Below are positions 36,413-46,774 of a DNA stretch of 64,000 bases, piece after piece. Numbering within the stretch: the first letter of the stretch is position 1; every line of letters starts with the position of its first letter. The translations under genes were made by a program, and so were the position numbers. The notes beneath the pieces are model-generated. The model saw only the letters and a program-made list of their open reading frames with translations. It searched no databases and was not told the DNA's origin. Source of the stretch: a virus (taxonomy: Duplodnaviria; Caudoviricetes); the IMG/VR virus record IMGVR_UViG_2724679285_000001, positions 1,782 through 65,781 of that record. The stretch is one strand, 5' to 3'.

Positions 36413-37255
36413 TTATTCCTCTTCCTGGTAGTAGAAATAGTTGGGCATTTCGACGGTGGTGATTCCTGGCCCGTAGCTGGGCCATACGTCGCTTCGGGTG
36501 CACTTCGCGAACAGGTCGACTGCAGCACGCATCTTCTGCGCGCCTACACGGACGGCCCGAGATGGAAGTCGGGTGACTGAAACCATGTGCGGTGGTTCGG
36601 TTTCGACATTGATGAATACAAAGTCGATGCGTTCAGGATCAGGCGCCAGCCCTGTAGCCGCGGCGGCCGTCCGATACCAGGCGTCCTGAATGTGCAGGCC
36701 CGTCTTCGCCGCCACCGCGCCGCCCCAAGCCCTCGGGTCAGCCGTGACGCTGGTCGTCTTGACGTCGGCGATGAGCAGCCAGTCGTCGACGAAGCTGAAA
36801 AGGTCGAAGCGACTCCTCAACCGGACGTGGGTGAGCGGATCGTGCCAGTAAGCAGAGTGCTCGACAGCGTCCGGAGCGGCGAGCAGCTCGCCGGCGGTTT
36901 CATGGCCGAGTAACGCAGCCACCATCGCGTCACCGAGAGCTGCGTCTTTGGTGAGTATCGGCACCTTCCCCTCGGCGTACGCCTGATCACGTTCTTCCCG
37001 TGCAGCTTTCGTCTTGAAGTCCGGGTAGTCGAGGATGGCGACGGGTTCGCCTACGCCAAGCGCTTTGCCGTGCACGTAGTGGCCGAGGTCGAAGTAGGAC
37101 TTCTGCACTCGCGGCTGTGTGCGTGACCAGTGGAACTTGTACGGTGACTTCAGGAGAGCCTTTGCCGATGAGCACGATAGGCTGCCCAGATCGCCGTGGT
37201 AGACAGTCTCCGGCACGTCGCCGAACACGCCATCCTCTGCGGGGACTGCGGTCAT
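36413..37255 (-). CDS. RecE/exonuclease VIII-like PD-(D/E)XK nuclease
   Basis: YH...LSCSSAK.LL.SP, E..W...R.R.D, IADVKTT and Q.AWY motifs. Confidence 0.85.
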   Translation of the reverse strand: MTAVPAEDGVFGDVPETVYHGDLGSLSCSSAKALLKSPYKFHWSRTQPRVQKSYFDLGHYVHGKALGVGEPVAILDYPDFKTKAAREERDQAYAEGKVPILTKDAALGDAMVAALLGHETAGELLAAPDAVEHSAYWHDPLTHVRLRSRFDLFSFVDDWLLIADVKTTSVTADPRAWGGAVAAKTGLHIQDAWYRTAAAATGLAPDPERIDFVFINVETEPPHMVSVTRLPSRAVRVGAQKMRAAVDLFAKCTRSDVWPSYGPGITTVEMPNYFYYQEEE

Positions 37256-37391
37256 CGCATGTCCTCGCGTGCGTCGCTGCGGTCACCGCATGTCAGTCCG
37301 GTGCCGACACCGATGTACGGCTCCACATCCAGTTCGATCTCCGGCGCGCCATGCCGCCACCGCTGCCACTCATCGACCTCGTGCGCGTACA

Positions 37392-38168
37392 TCAGGCTTC
37401 CGAACCGAAGACATGCCACACCAGCCCAGACGGTGTGACCACAGTGCCGATGAACGAATCAATCCGGGCAGCTTCGGGCATCGGGTTACCGGTGCCAACT
37501 ACCCAGACATCCAAGTTCTTCGGCGCCAGAATCTCGTAGTCGAGAGTCCATAAGTCGATGGCGACGTCCTGAATTTCGGGGATGCGGGAGACGGCCACCG
37601 ATAACGGTTTCCCTCCGGCCGGGAGCCGGACGGTCTGGTAGTCGGTGATGGCGATCTGATGGCGGATTATCCTCATGTCTGGTCCCCCCCGGGCCGCGGG
37701 CAAATCCATGACCCACGCGAACAGCTCCGACTTCGGTAGATCCAGGTTCACGGTGGCCAGCAGCAGCACCGCCAACTCCTGCAACTGCCAGCGGTCCATG
37801 CGCTCCAACGCATTCCAGGTCAGCAGCGGGTTCTCTTCCTGCAGGCGCACAGCTAGGTCGATCGCGACGTCGGCGGCGACCTCCAGTTCGGCGGCGCGTT
37901 CGTCGGTGATCTCGTCGGCGCGGGGCGGTAGGGGGATCACGTTGTCGGGTGGTTCGGGCAGGGTCCGGTTGCGGGTCACGTTCCGCGGTGTCAGGCCTAC
38001 ACGGTCTGCGATCTCGTTGGCGGTGAGGCCGGCACGGGTGAGTTCGTGGACCTGCCGGCGCCGCTCCATGAGGTCGGCCTGGAATGCGGTCGGGCCGTAG
38101 AACTCTTTCTCGGCAGCTTCCACGCACTCGTTGATGTGCGCGGCCAGTTCGATGATGGCGGCGGTCAT
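37392..38168 (-). CDS. HTH protein with a second C-terminal domain
   Basis: GLTANEIADRVGLTPRNVTR; C-terminal MRIIRHQIAITD...FIGTVVT..GLVWHVF module. Confidence 0.6.
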   Translation of the reverse strand: MTAAIIELAAHINECVEAAEKEFYGPTAFQADLMERRRQVHELTRAGLTANEIADRVGLTPRNVTRNRTLPEPPDNVIPLPPRADEITDERAAELEVAADVAIDLAVRLQEENPLLTWNALERMDRWQLQELAVLLLATVNLDLPKSELFAWVMDLPAARGGPDMRIIRHQIAITDYQTVRLPAGGKPLSVAVSRIPEIQDVAIDLWTLDYEILAPKNLDVWVVGTGNPMPEAARIDSFIGTVVTPSGLVWHVFGSEA

Positions 38169-40989
38169 GCGAACGTCTCCGCGGTGTTGGTGCAGCGGCA
38201 GCGCTTCAACGGGGCCACTTTCGCCGCATGGTTGCCGCTAGTCTTGCGGCGGCGCAGCTTCAAACACCCATGCTCGTTGTGCATCCACTGGGGGCACGAG
38301 CAGTCCGGGCACGGCGCATTCAGGCGGTGTGCCAACGCGATCGGGTATTTCACAACGACCTCCGGATGTCGTCGACGGATAGGGACAGGTGGTTTCGGCG
38401 GCGGTGACGGCCACGAGTCCGCCCCGACACGCGGGAGACCGGCATCGGCTCCGCGTTGAGCTTCTCCAGCACCGACGTCCCGAGCTGCGCGCACGCCGAC
38501 GCCGGGATCACGTACTCACACAGCACCCGCGACCGGCGCACACTCCACGACGGCAGCGGCCGCAACGGCGGCAGATTAGGCAGGACACCGCCTCTGGCAT
38601 AGCCGGAGCTGAATCCCTTCGCATGCACAGCGTGCGCCGCCAACCAAGCGTCCTGGGCGTCGATCGGGCACCACACCCGCCGCACCGCCGTCACTTCGAC
38701 CGCCGATACGCGCGAGCTATAACCGTGGCGCCAACGACATTCAAGACAACAGCGAGTACCGCTAGCCAGGCCGGCACGTTCCCAACGATGCCGTTGTAGG
38801 CATTGACTGGAATGCAGACCAACAAGAACACAAGCCCCACGACAAAGTGAAGGTTCCTCATCGCAGCACCCCGCCCACCCTGGCGGTCACCGGCACCGGC
38901 CGCGGCGCCCACTTCGCGATGAACGCGTCCAGCAGGTAGCCGTACTCCGGGCAGCCGATGATGACGGCCACCGTGACCGCCTCACCAGCCTCACCCGCTG
39001 TCAGGCCGTCCCGGACCGCGATCATGACGACCTGCTCGACCGACTCCACGTCCGGTAGCAGCTCCAGGTTCGCGCACATGGAGCGGAAGTGCTGCGCCGC
39101 ATACACATCCGCCCGACCCGACACCGGATCAGCACCAGCCGGAGCCGACAAGATGAACGCGGCGCTGATCGGAATGAACATGAACACCGCCAGCAGCAGG
39201 GTCAAGCCGACGTTCCCCAGTCGGCGCCTCACAGCGACACCTCGTCATACGTCGCAGCGAAGATGTCCGGCTTGCACGGGTAGAACTCGCCCTGGACGCC
39301 ACGGATGACCCAGTCATTGACGGACGCCGTCATTGTGCCTTCGAGCGTTCGGATGGCAATGCTGTGTGGGCAATCGCCGCCGAACTTCGTGCACCGGTCC
39401 GGGTCGCTACAGAGATACGTGGCAGAACCGTCCCCGCTGAGGATCCAGTCGATGATCGGCGACGCGCCGGCATCGGTGCCATCCCACTGCATCGCCTCGA
39501 TCTCGACGGGCTTCTTGCAGAAGCGCTTCGGCTCGCTCACAGCGACACCGCCTCAGCATCGGCGCCCTCACACGCCAGGTAGCTCGCAAGGTTCGGCGAC
39601 GCCGCGATTACGGCCTCCACCTTCGCGTTCAGCCTCCGCCAATCCGCCGGCGTCACCATGATCGCGAGACCATCGAGGCCGCCGGGATGCACCTGGATCC
39701 TCCCGTCGCGGGAGTCCAGGACGACTGGCTCGTGCGCACCATCTGTGGTGGACACGACGCTCAGTCGGATACGATCCGAATCTGACACAGGGTTTTCCTC
39801 TCATGGGTTGTTCTGGTGTCACTGGCCCCGGGCGGCTGCATCCGCGTCGGGGCCGAACTCTTAGGGGTTGGGATCGAGCAGTTCCGCGAGCCGCAGCGCA
39901 CGACCAGGGCTGATCAACTCCGTGGCGTAGGCACGCAAGTGGGCGGCGAATTCGGCTGGCTCGTAGGGCTCCAGCAACTCAAGGACGAGCGGCACATCTA
40001 GGCTGGGGCGCCCGGCGGCGGGCGGGGTCGGGGAATCGCTCACCGCCGCCGGGCAAGACCCACCATCACCACTGACGGCAGGGAACAGATACGGGTCCTC
40101 GCCGACCAACGGCTCAACAGCCACGCCTCGGCGCTCAGCGTCCGACCGCGGCACGCTACGAACCGCCAACTCCCCCAACACCCCGAGCGCATTCCGCAAC
40201 ACAGTGATCACCGGCCTGCTCCCTTCGGAACGATCTGCCCGCATTCGAGGCACCGTTCATGCAGTGCATCGCCACCAATCCACGCGACCGGGTACGTCTT
40301 GTCATGCGAGCAATCCCCGAGCACGGCGTCGATCTGCGCCTCCACTGCCTCGGAACGCTCCCACCACCGAGGTTGATCACCATCCGACTCCGGAAGCTCC
40401 GGCTCCGGCTCGGCCGGCCGGAAATCCTGCGGCGCCAACCGATCCGGCCACAACGCATCACCAAACCGCTCACCAGACGACGGCCGTCGACGCACGAGGC
40501 GCTTCAACCAACCCCACACGCGCATCACCGGACACCCCCAACCGCGCGCGCCGTAGCGGACTCCGAACGCGCCTGGGCCAGCTCGGCCTCCAACTCACGG
40601 ATCCGCTCCACCGCGTCATCGAGGTTGGCCTCGGCGGCGTCCAGCTTCTGCTGCAGACCGTCGGCACGCGTCCACTCGTCACATGCCTCCGACTCGTAGT
40701 GATGCACCTCGTTGCCCTGCGCGGCACACAAGGCAGTCGAGTACCGCAACATGTTCGCCAGATTGAGAATCTGCGTCCGCTGGTCAGTGTCAGCAGCATG
40801 ATGCAGATAGGTGTCGACCAAGCTCGCGATCTTGTGCGCCAACTGCTTCGTCGTCGGCGTCTTCTCACTCAACGCCCGCAACTCGGCCAGCTCATCGACC
40901 ACAGCGTCTGCAGCGGCGTTCGCCTCCCAGAACTTCGACGCCGGCGTGTGAATACCGGCCAGCGGCACCGCCATCCGAAGGGCACTCAT
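38165..40989 (-). other. cluster of small early hypothetical genes (membrane, secreted, KKPVEIEA...GEFYPCKPDIF family at 39229-39540, coiled-coil at 40525-40989)
   Basis: Coupled ORF junctions; 39229-39540 matches a widespread phage family motif. Confidence 0.55.
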
Positions 40990-41165
40990 GACGCCGCCTG
41001 CAACGCATTGATGTACGCATCGATCTGTGCGTCCGTCGAGAACCGCCGCGACCCGATCGTCACCGACCCCAACTCGCCCGACTTCCACAACGCGAACACC
41101 GTCGTGCGGGAAAGCCCACCCAGCCGCTCTGCCGTCGCCTGCCAGTTGCACAATGCCGCGCTCAT
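40986..41165 (-). CDS. excisionase-like DNA-binding protein
   Basis: TAERLGGLSRTTVFALWKSGELGSVTIGSRRF...IDAYI. Confidence 0.75.
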   Translation of the reverse strand: MSAALCNWQATAERLGGLSRTTVFALWKSGELGSVTIGSRRFSTDAQIDAYINALQAAS

Positions 41166-42010
41166 GCCGCACCGCCGATCTGACGCGGCAACTCCAGCGT
41201 GCCGTTCGCGTCGATGTAGCGGGTGATGCGCTCCCACGCGTACGACTGGCCCTCCGGAGTGAGCAACCCGGTCACCACATTGCGGCCGTTCTTCGTGTCG
41301 CGTCGGTTCTCGCACAAGCCCCGACGGATAGCGTCGGTAGTGGCGTGCCCGTGATCAGAACGGTTCCCGCCGACGAACAAGTGCAGCTTCTTGGAGAGGA
41401 ACTCACGGATCTGCTTGTGCAGGACATGGATGCCCTGTTCCTCGGCCCACTCGATCACCTCGCGACCGAAGTCCGTCCGATTGACCGAACCCGTCGCCGC
41501 GGCATGGGTCCTCGCGCGCTCGACCAGCGGCCGCTCAGCTTCCCGCTGAGCCTCCAACGCCACCCGCTGCTCATGCTCGACGCGATACATCTGCACGGCC
41601 TTGGTCGTCGCCTGTGCCAGGAGAGCGATGTCATCGACGCTCGTCAGGTCGAAACTCGCTACCGGTGCACGCTGAGCGAGCATCTGTCGCATGGCGTAGA
41701 ACCCGGCCACCAACCGCTTCTTGAAGTCCTTCACGACCGGGCTGTTGCGGAGGTACGTCATGAGCAGCGCGGCGGCCGGCTCATCGAGAACCGCGTACTC
41801 CGTCGGGCGTCCGCCAGACTTCGCGATTTCAAATCGCAATGTCCCGATCTCGCTCAGGTCGACGGAGTTGTCGCGGATGAGCTTGATGACCGACGCATGC
41901 TCATTGCCGGTCTGCTCGGCGATCACCAGCGATGTGGTGAAAGGCTCGCCGTCGTTGCCCATGAACACCAACTCGGTGGTGCTTAACGCGGAGGTCATAT
42001 CGTTGGTCAC
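41162..42010 (-). CDS. Rha-family regulator with KilAC/ANT-like antirepressor C-terminus
   Basis: TTSLVIAE.TG.EH.SVIKLIR...FKKRLV..F; C-terminal TGLLTPEGQ. Confidence 0.8.
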   Translation of the reverse strand: MTNDMTSALSTTELVFMGNDGEPFTTSLVIAEQTGNEHASVIKLIRDNSVDLSEIGTLRFEIAKSGGRPTEYAVLDEPAAALLMTYLRNSPVVKDFKKRLVAGFYAMRQMLAQRAPVASFDLTSVDDIALLAQATTKAVQMYRVEHEQRVALEAQREAERPLVERARTHAAATGSVNRTDFGREVIEWAEEQGIHVLHKQIREFLSKKLHLFVGGNRSDHGHATTDAIRRGLCENRRDTKNGRNVVTGLLTPEGQSYAWERITRYIDANGTLELPRQIGGAA

Positions 42011-42108
42011 GCTTCGTCCTTTCGAGAGGGATGGGAGCCACCGGCGGCGGGCTTGTTCTTGGCGGGACGACCCGCCGCCGGTGCCAGAACAGGGGGCGGA
42101 GGCACTTC

Positions 42109-42384
42109 ATGACCACACGCGGCGATCTGTGCAATGCCATCCGCGCGTTGAAAGGGCTGCTGCCCGAGACGATGCACCGCAGCATCGGCACGATTAACCA
42201 CGTCCTCGTCCAAGCAGATCTGGCGAAGAACGAAGTAGCTGAGAGCAGCCTCGACCCCGAAGCTGTCCTGGTGCTGAACCTCGTTCTCCGGATTGTCGAG
42301 CTGGAGTCCAAGGTGGAGATCAGTGCGGGGCGCGAAGGAATCTCGAACGACCGAATCGCCGCCTTGTTTAGCGAATTTCGATGA
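42109..42384 (+). CDS. hypothetical protein
   Basis: ORF opposite to its neighbours; competes with the 42007-42507 minus-strand frame. Confidence 0.3.
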   Translation: MTTRGDLCNAIRALKGLLPETMHRSIGTINHVLVQADLAKNEVAESSLDPEAVLVLNLVLRIVELESKVEISAGREGISNDRIAALFSEFR

Positions 42385-42503
42385 TCGTGCGTAAAGCGGC
42401 GAGATCTCAGTGCTGAAGTAGTTCGGCCCGAGACCTGCCTGCTCGTACAGGTAGTCCATCAGCAGGTCTGTCACTTCACTGAGTTCGTTCGATGCAGCGC
42501 AGA

Positions 42504-42818
42504 TCATGCTGACACCTGCCTGCCACCAGTGCTGTGCACATCGCTTGTAACTGCAGTGCCAACTTCGATCTCGTGGGCCTCGAAGAGGTCCTCCCAGTCG
42601 ACATCGAGACGAGCAGCGAGGGCGAGTGCGAAGTCCTCCGAGATGTTGCGCATGTCCCCGCGCTCAATGAGTGAGATGGCCTGCTGTGAACGCCGAACCA
42701 GGTGCGCCAAATCTGCCTGGCTGAGACGTAGGCGTTTCCGACGGCGACGAATCCGATCGGGGTCTTTGACCCTCATCCAGTACTCCTTCCGCCTGCGCGG
42801 TGGTCGCTTGCGAACCAT
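42504..42818 (-). CDS. Cro-like XRE HTH regulator
   Basis: LSQADLAHLVRRSQQAISLIERG; divergent from the repressor. Confidence 0.85.
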   Translation of the reverse strand: MVRKRPPRRRKEYWMRVKDPDRIRRRRKRLRLSQADLAHLVRRSQQAISLIERGDMRNISEDFALALAARLDVDWEDLFEAHEIEVGTAVTSDVHSTGGRQVSA

Positions 42819-42835
42819 GTTGCCCTCCTCTGGTC

Positions 42836-42962
42836 GTAATTACAAGTGCAGTACACAGTAATTGTCACTACTTGTCAACGCCACAAGCGGGATCCGACGC
42901 AATGTTCTGGGAGGATGCGCTTGTCACTTGTAACTGCTCTTGTGACGCCACGTAGCACAAGG
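42836..42962. promoter_or_regulatory. divergent immunity promoters/operators
   Basis: AT-rich; TTGACA on the - strand; repeated ACAAG/CTTGT half-sites (TTACAAGTG / CACTTGTAA); CTTGTAACTGC also occurs at ~42544. Confidence 0.6.
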
Positions 42963-42988
42963 AACAACCAGCGAGGGAGTCTCAAGCC

Positions 42989-43477
42989 GTGAACGAGACC
43001 GACACCCTGCGCGGGCTGATCGCCAAAGCCCGCCGCGAACGCGACAAGTCAGTGCGCCAGCTCGCACTGGCCGCGCAGGAGGCCGGCCACAAGATCGTCG
43101 GAACGACGCTCAACGCCATCGAGGCCGGCACGTACCACTCAGTGCCGACGGCCGAGACCATCCGGGCAATCGGATGGCTGGCGCGGGTGTCCGACGAGAT
43201 CGCGTTCGCAGCAGCAGGCCGACCCGTCCCAGGGCCTCCGTTCGCGGAGGAGTTACCCCCCGGGGTGGACGACCTGACGTCCCCAGAGCGTCGCGCGGCG
43301 ATAGCCATGTTGCGCGCGCTCGTCTCGCAAAGGCAGGAAATCAACCGCTATGTGGATCAAGCTTCTGGTAATTCGCCCGCGACGTCGAGAGCACCGTCGG
43401 AAGCCGACGAAAACCAGGAGGCAACTGTGCTCCCGCTCGTCGCTCGAACCGTCGAGGACGAGCCAAAACCCGAATAA
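42989..43477 (+). CDS. immunity repressor (XRE-like HTH)
   Basis: KSVRQLALAA...TTLNAIEAG...P..ETIRAI; upstream of ImmA and the integrase. Confidence 0.7.
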   Translation: MNETDTLRGLIAKARRERDKSVRQLALAAQEAGHKIVGTTLNAIEAGTYHSVPTAETIRAIGWLARVSDEIAFAAAGRPVPGPPFAEELPPGVDDLTSPERRAAIAMLRALVSQRQEINRYVDQASGNSPATSRAPSEADENQEATVLPLVARTVEDEPKPE

Positions 43478-43521
43478 CACGGCTGTTATTCGAGGTCAGA
43501 ACGTTTCCAATACAAACAACT

Positions 43522-43543
43522 TGTCGGGGGTCACAGCTAGCTT
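43522..43543 (+). promoter_or_regulatory. PafBC/RecA-NDp-type promoter TGTCGG-N10-TAGCTT, leaderless to ImmA
   Basis: Exact motif match, 8 bp before ATG 43552. Confidence 0.7.
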
Positions 43544-43551
43544 TCAGGGCC

Positions 43552-43989
43552 ATGGGCGACCGATGGCATCCGTGGCGATACGCAGCAGAACACTTCCCGG
43601 ACGTCATCATCAACTCCCATCGGGAACTCCCCGACCGCGTGTGGGGCATGACCAGTTTCCCCCTCCGGAAGGTCTGGCTGTGTCGGCGACTCCGGCAGGT
43701 ACACCGCCGCTGCACGCTCACCCATGAGCTGATTCACCTGGAGCGCGGGCCTGTGCCCGACTACCTCCTGGCTGCCGAGGAACGCATCGTCGATGAGCTG
43801 GCCGCGCGCCGGCTCATCGAACTGCCGGACCTCATGGAGGGGCTGCGGTGGACCCGCGACCCCGAAGAACTCGCCGACGCGCTCTGGGTGGACCGCTCCA
43901 CCTTGAACACGCGCATGCGGACCCTCGACCCCGTAGAGGTCGCCGACCTCGAACACGCACTACAGGACGAATGGCTATGGATCCCCTGA
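43552..43989 (+). CDS. ImmA/IrrE-family metallopeptidase (antirepressor)
   Basis: RCTLTHELIHLERG (HExxH), EERIVD..AARRLI and C-terminal HTH. Confidence 0.85.
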   Translation: MGDRWHPWRYAAEHFPDVIINSHRELPDRVWGMTSFPLRKVWLCRRLRQVHRRCTLTHELIHLERGPVPDYLLAAEERIVDELAARRLIELPDLMEGLRWTRDPEELADALWVDRSTLNTRMRTLDPVEVADLEHALQDEWLWIP

Positions 43990-44195
43990 CCGACACCGAC
44001 CGAGCGATCCTGGACCTTGAGCACCAGTGGTGGCCGACGGCCGGCGCGAAGGAAGACGCCGTCCGCGCGCTCGGACTGTCGCCGGTGCGGTACTACCGCC
44101 GCCTGAACCAACTGATCGATTCGGAGTCGGCTTTGACGTACGACGCCGTTGTCGTGAATCGGCTGCGCCGCATCGCCGGCCGCGAGGACCGCTGA
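43971..44195 (+). CDS. DUF3263 protein
   Basis: ILDLEHQWW..AGAKE.AVR..GLSP.RYY..LN.LID...A..YD..VV.RLRR. Confidence 0.8.
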   Translation: MAMDPLTDTDRAILDLEHQWWPTAGAKEDAVRALGLSPVRYYRRLNQLIDSESALTYDAVVVNRLRRIAGREDR

Positions 44196-45373
44196 TGCCC
44201 CGCCAACGACTCGCCCCCGGCGAGCACGGCAAGGTCACCACCACGCGCACCGGAAACGCCTGGGTGGCTTCGACATACGTTCGCCTCCACACCGGCCAGC
44301 TCCGGGAGCGCGAAGCCTCCTCGGCCAAGTCCGCTGAGGATGCCCGCCGGACCCTCCTACGCCGTATCAAGGCCGAGCTGGAGCGGTCGGTGCCGACCGG
44401 CGAGATCACGATGCGCACCACCCTCTCCCAACTGTTCGAGGCGTGGATCGCCGCGAAGACCGCCGATGGGCTCAAGAAGCAGTCCGAGGATCTGTACCGG
44501 CAGGCCTGGCGGCTCCACGGTCACCGGCAGCTCGGCGCCCTGCGGATCGCCGAGTTGTCGACCAGCCGGGCCGACGCCCACTTCCGGGACATGCCGCCGT
44601 CGCAGGCGCAGACACTGCGGGTGGTCCTCACGGGCATGTACGCGATGGCCGCCCGTCATGATGTCGTGCGCACCAACCCGATCCGCGAGACGCAGCCGGC
44701 GGCGACGCAGCGGAAGGCGGCCCGGGCGCTGACGGCGGCGGAGTTGGAGGAGGTGCGCGCAGCGGTGCGGGCGTACGCCGCGCCCAGTGGTCGGCCGGGG
44801 CCGCCGCGCGGGGTCATGCTGCCCGCCTACGTCGAACTGTTGGCGGCCACCGGCGACCGGCCGGGCGAGGTGTTGGCGATCCGCTGGCCGGAGGTCGATC
44901 TGCTCGGCGATCCGCCGACGGTCACGGTGTCCGGGACGCTGATCGATCACGGCCGGATCCGCGGGAAGGCGCTGCACCGGCAGGACGTCCGAAAGGGTGA
45001 CGCGCCACCACACACGGTGCTGCTGCCTCAGTTCGGTGTGGATGTGTTGACCGAACTGTTCGGCCTCACCGGTGCCGCGGACGGGCCGGTGCTCACCAAC
45101 CGCAACGGTGACTGGATCAGCCCGTCGAACATCGCGAGCGCGCTCCGTGAGGCGCTGTCGCCGTACGAGCATCTGCGGTGGGTGACGCCGCACAGTTTCC
45201 GTCGGACGGTCGCGACGGTCGTCCGGGACGGCATGGGCATCGAGGCGGCGCAGGCGCAGCTCTCCCATGCCCAGCTCTCGACGACGGAATCGCACTATGC
45301 GCAGCGCCGGACGGTGGGGCCGGATGCCCGCGCTGTGTTACAGAAGTTCGCTGGAGACCAGGACGGTACGTGA
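44195..45373 (+). CDS. int: tyrosine integrase
   Basis: TGDRPGEVLAIRW (R), K, HSFRRT (H-x-x-R) and LSH...TTESHY. Confidence 0.92.
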   Translation: MPRQRLAPGEHGKVTTTRTGNAWVASTYVRLHTGQLREREASSAKSAEDARRTLLRRIKAELERSVPTGEITMRTTLSQLFEAWIAAKTADGLKKQSEDLYRQAWRLHGHRQLGALRIAELSTSRADAHFRDMPPSQAQTLRVVLTGMYAMAARHDVVRTNPIRETQPAATQRKAARALTAAELEEVRAAVRAYAAPSGRPGPPRGVMLPAYVELLAATGDRPGEVLAIRWPEVDLLGDPPTVTVSGTLIDHGRIRGKALHRQDVRKGDAPPHTVLLPQFGVDVLTELFGLTGAADGPVLTNRNGDWISPSNIASALREALSPYEHLRWVTPHSFRRTVATVVRDGMGIEAAQAQLSHAQLSTTESHYAQRRTVGPDARAVLQKFAGDQDGT

Positions 45374-45379
45374 TGAATT

Positions 45380-45627
45380 TACGGGGAAAATACGGGATTC
45401 GACCCCTGGGAGCAGAACAGGCCAGGGGCGAAATGCCTCTGACCTGCTTGTTTTGGCTCCCCCGGATGGACTCGAACCATCAACCGTCCGATAAGGCCAC
45501 GGCGTCCGTTGATGTTCAACCAGGTAAGTGAAAGTGCAGGTAGATAGCGGTGACCGTCTTTAACAGTTCACTGCCGTGCGTCCCGATTGATGGCGCATCA
45601 CAGTCGTTTATACGGGGAAAATACGGG
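45380..45627. other. attP: core 45454-45492 equals the 3' part of a tRNA (likely tRNA-Asn); 17-bp arm repeats TACGGGGAAAATACGGG at 45380 and 45611
   Basis: Reverse strand reads ATCGGACGGTTGATGGTTCGAGTCCATCCGGGGGAGCCA (T-arm, acceptor stem and CCA); arm repeats occur on both sides. Confidence 0.85.
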
Positions 45628-45713
45628 CTGCACATCCACAGCGGGCCGTTCACTCAATCCACGACGCTGCTAACCGACTGCGGGATAGCTGGCAGTACAG
45701 CTATATTGCGGCC

Positions 45714-46100
45714 ATGACCATTGCTGTCGGCGTGACGATCCTGGTGTGGCTGGCGTGCGCCGTGGCCGCCCTGCTGGTCGGCCGATCCCGTGGCTTCAGC
45801 GCCCGCGCCACCTTCATCGTCGGCCTCGTCTTCGGCCTCATCGGAGTGATCGCCGTCGCCGTCACCCCCGAGTCGGCTGCCCGACAGCTCGGCCAGAGCT
45901 GGAGCCAGTCCACCAAACTGGTGCCGGCGATCGTCGCTGGTGTCCTCATCGCGGGCGGCCTCGTCGCCACCATGGCTGCGCTCAACGTCCGGTTCGAGGT
46001 CGTCATCGGGGCATCCATCGGCGCCGCGTTGTTCGTCGCGCTGGTCATCACCGTGGCGGCGGAGCGGGGTCCGGCGACGCAGGACGCGCCTCGCCCATGA
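45714..46100 (+). CDS. multi-pass membrane protein (possible superinfection exclusion)
   Basis: About 4 TM segments; leaderless TATATT-N6-ATG; adjacent to attP. Confidence 0.6.
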   Translation: MTIAVGVTILVWLACAVAALLVGRSRGFSARATFIVGLVFGLIGVIAVAVTPESAARQLGQSWSQSTKLVPAIVAGVLIAGGLVATMAALNVRFEVVIGASIGAALFVALVITVAAERGPATQDAPRP

Positions 46101-46405
46101 AGATGGTCCGTGTAGCTCTGGCCGCGGCGGCAGTCGCCGGCGGCAGTATCGCGCTCGCGGCCCCGGCGTCGGCTGGCTGCATGGTGAACATGCTCGGCGC
46201 CCAGTACTGCGACGCGCCGGTCCGCCCCGACGGGACGTGGCAGCGGTGCTGGTCCACTCAGCAGCAGTTCTATCCGACCTTCGGCTCCGGCGGCTTCCAG
46301 AACGGGTTCGGCTCCGTCCCCGCGATGGGAAACTGCTACGACGTGAACCCGGCTGATCCGTGGCCGGTGGTTCCGATCGGGCAGCCGCAGTACTACATCC
46401 AGTGA
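46097..46405 (+). CDS. secreted CDGP-type small protein
   Basis: Signal peptide APASA, then YCDAPVRPDGTWQRC...CY.V. Confidence 0.65.
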   Translation: MKMVRVALAAAAVAGGSIALAAPASAGCMVNMLGAQYCDAPVRPDGTWQRCWSTQQQFYPTFGSGGFQNGFGSVPAMGNCYDVNPADPWPVVPIGQPQYYIQ

Positions 46406-46532
46406 CCGTCACCGGCGGACACATGTGATCGGAACCGCCGGGCCCGCTGCCGCGTCTAACCCTGGCATGGACGATATTCAGCAGCGAGTCACCGCGGCGC
46501 TCCGGGAGTTGGCCGCCGCCTATGGGTGGCCG

Positions 46533-46763
46533 TCAGCGTTCGTCGGGTCCGGTGCGGACGCGGCACCCGTCGGTCAGCGATGGCCCGTAGGTGACGTGAC
46601 CGCACGCCCGGCAGAACCAAGTCTGGTGCCGTACACCGCAGTCGCAAGTGGCAGTCCCGACCAACACCTCGTTCGGTCCCAGCGGGTCCCCATTCGCGCA
46701 GCGCGACGGCGACAGCGTCACCCAACGGTCGCCACGCCTGACCAGTTCGCCGACCTCCGCCAC
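46533..46763 (-). CDS. small zinc-ribbon protein
   Basis: CANG..LGPN.VLVG...CDC...H.TW.CRACG..TYGP. Confidence 0.55.
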   Translation of the reverse strand: MAEVGELVRRGDRWVTLSPSRCANGDPLGPNEVLVGTATCDCGVRHQTWFCRACGHVTYGPSLTDGCRVRTGPDER

Positions 46764-46774
46764 AACACGGAAGA

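Noticed and set aside
37596-37620. Isolated CCGATAA/CCGAGAA matches (also ~9775, ~10850)
   Set aside because: No TTATGT-like partner arm at 6-7 bp, and mostly in coding or RBS context; expected by chance.
45454-45492. tRNA gene
   Set aside because: Only the 3' portion is present, with no D-arm or 5' acceptor strand; it is the att core.
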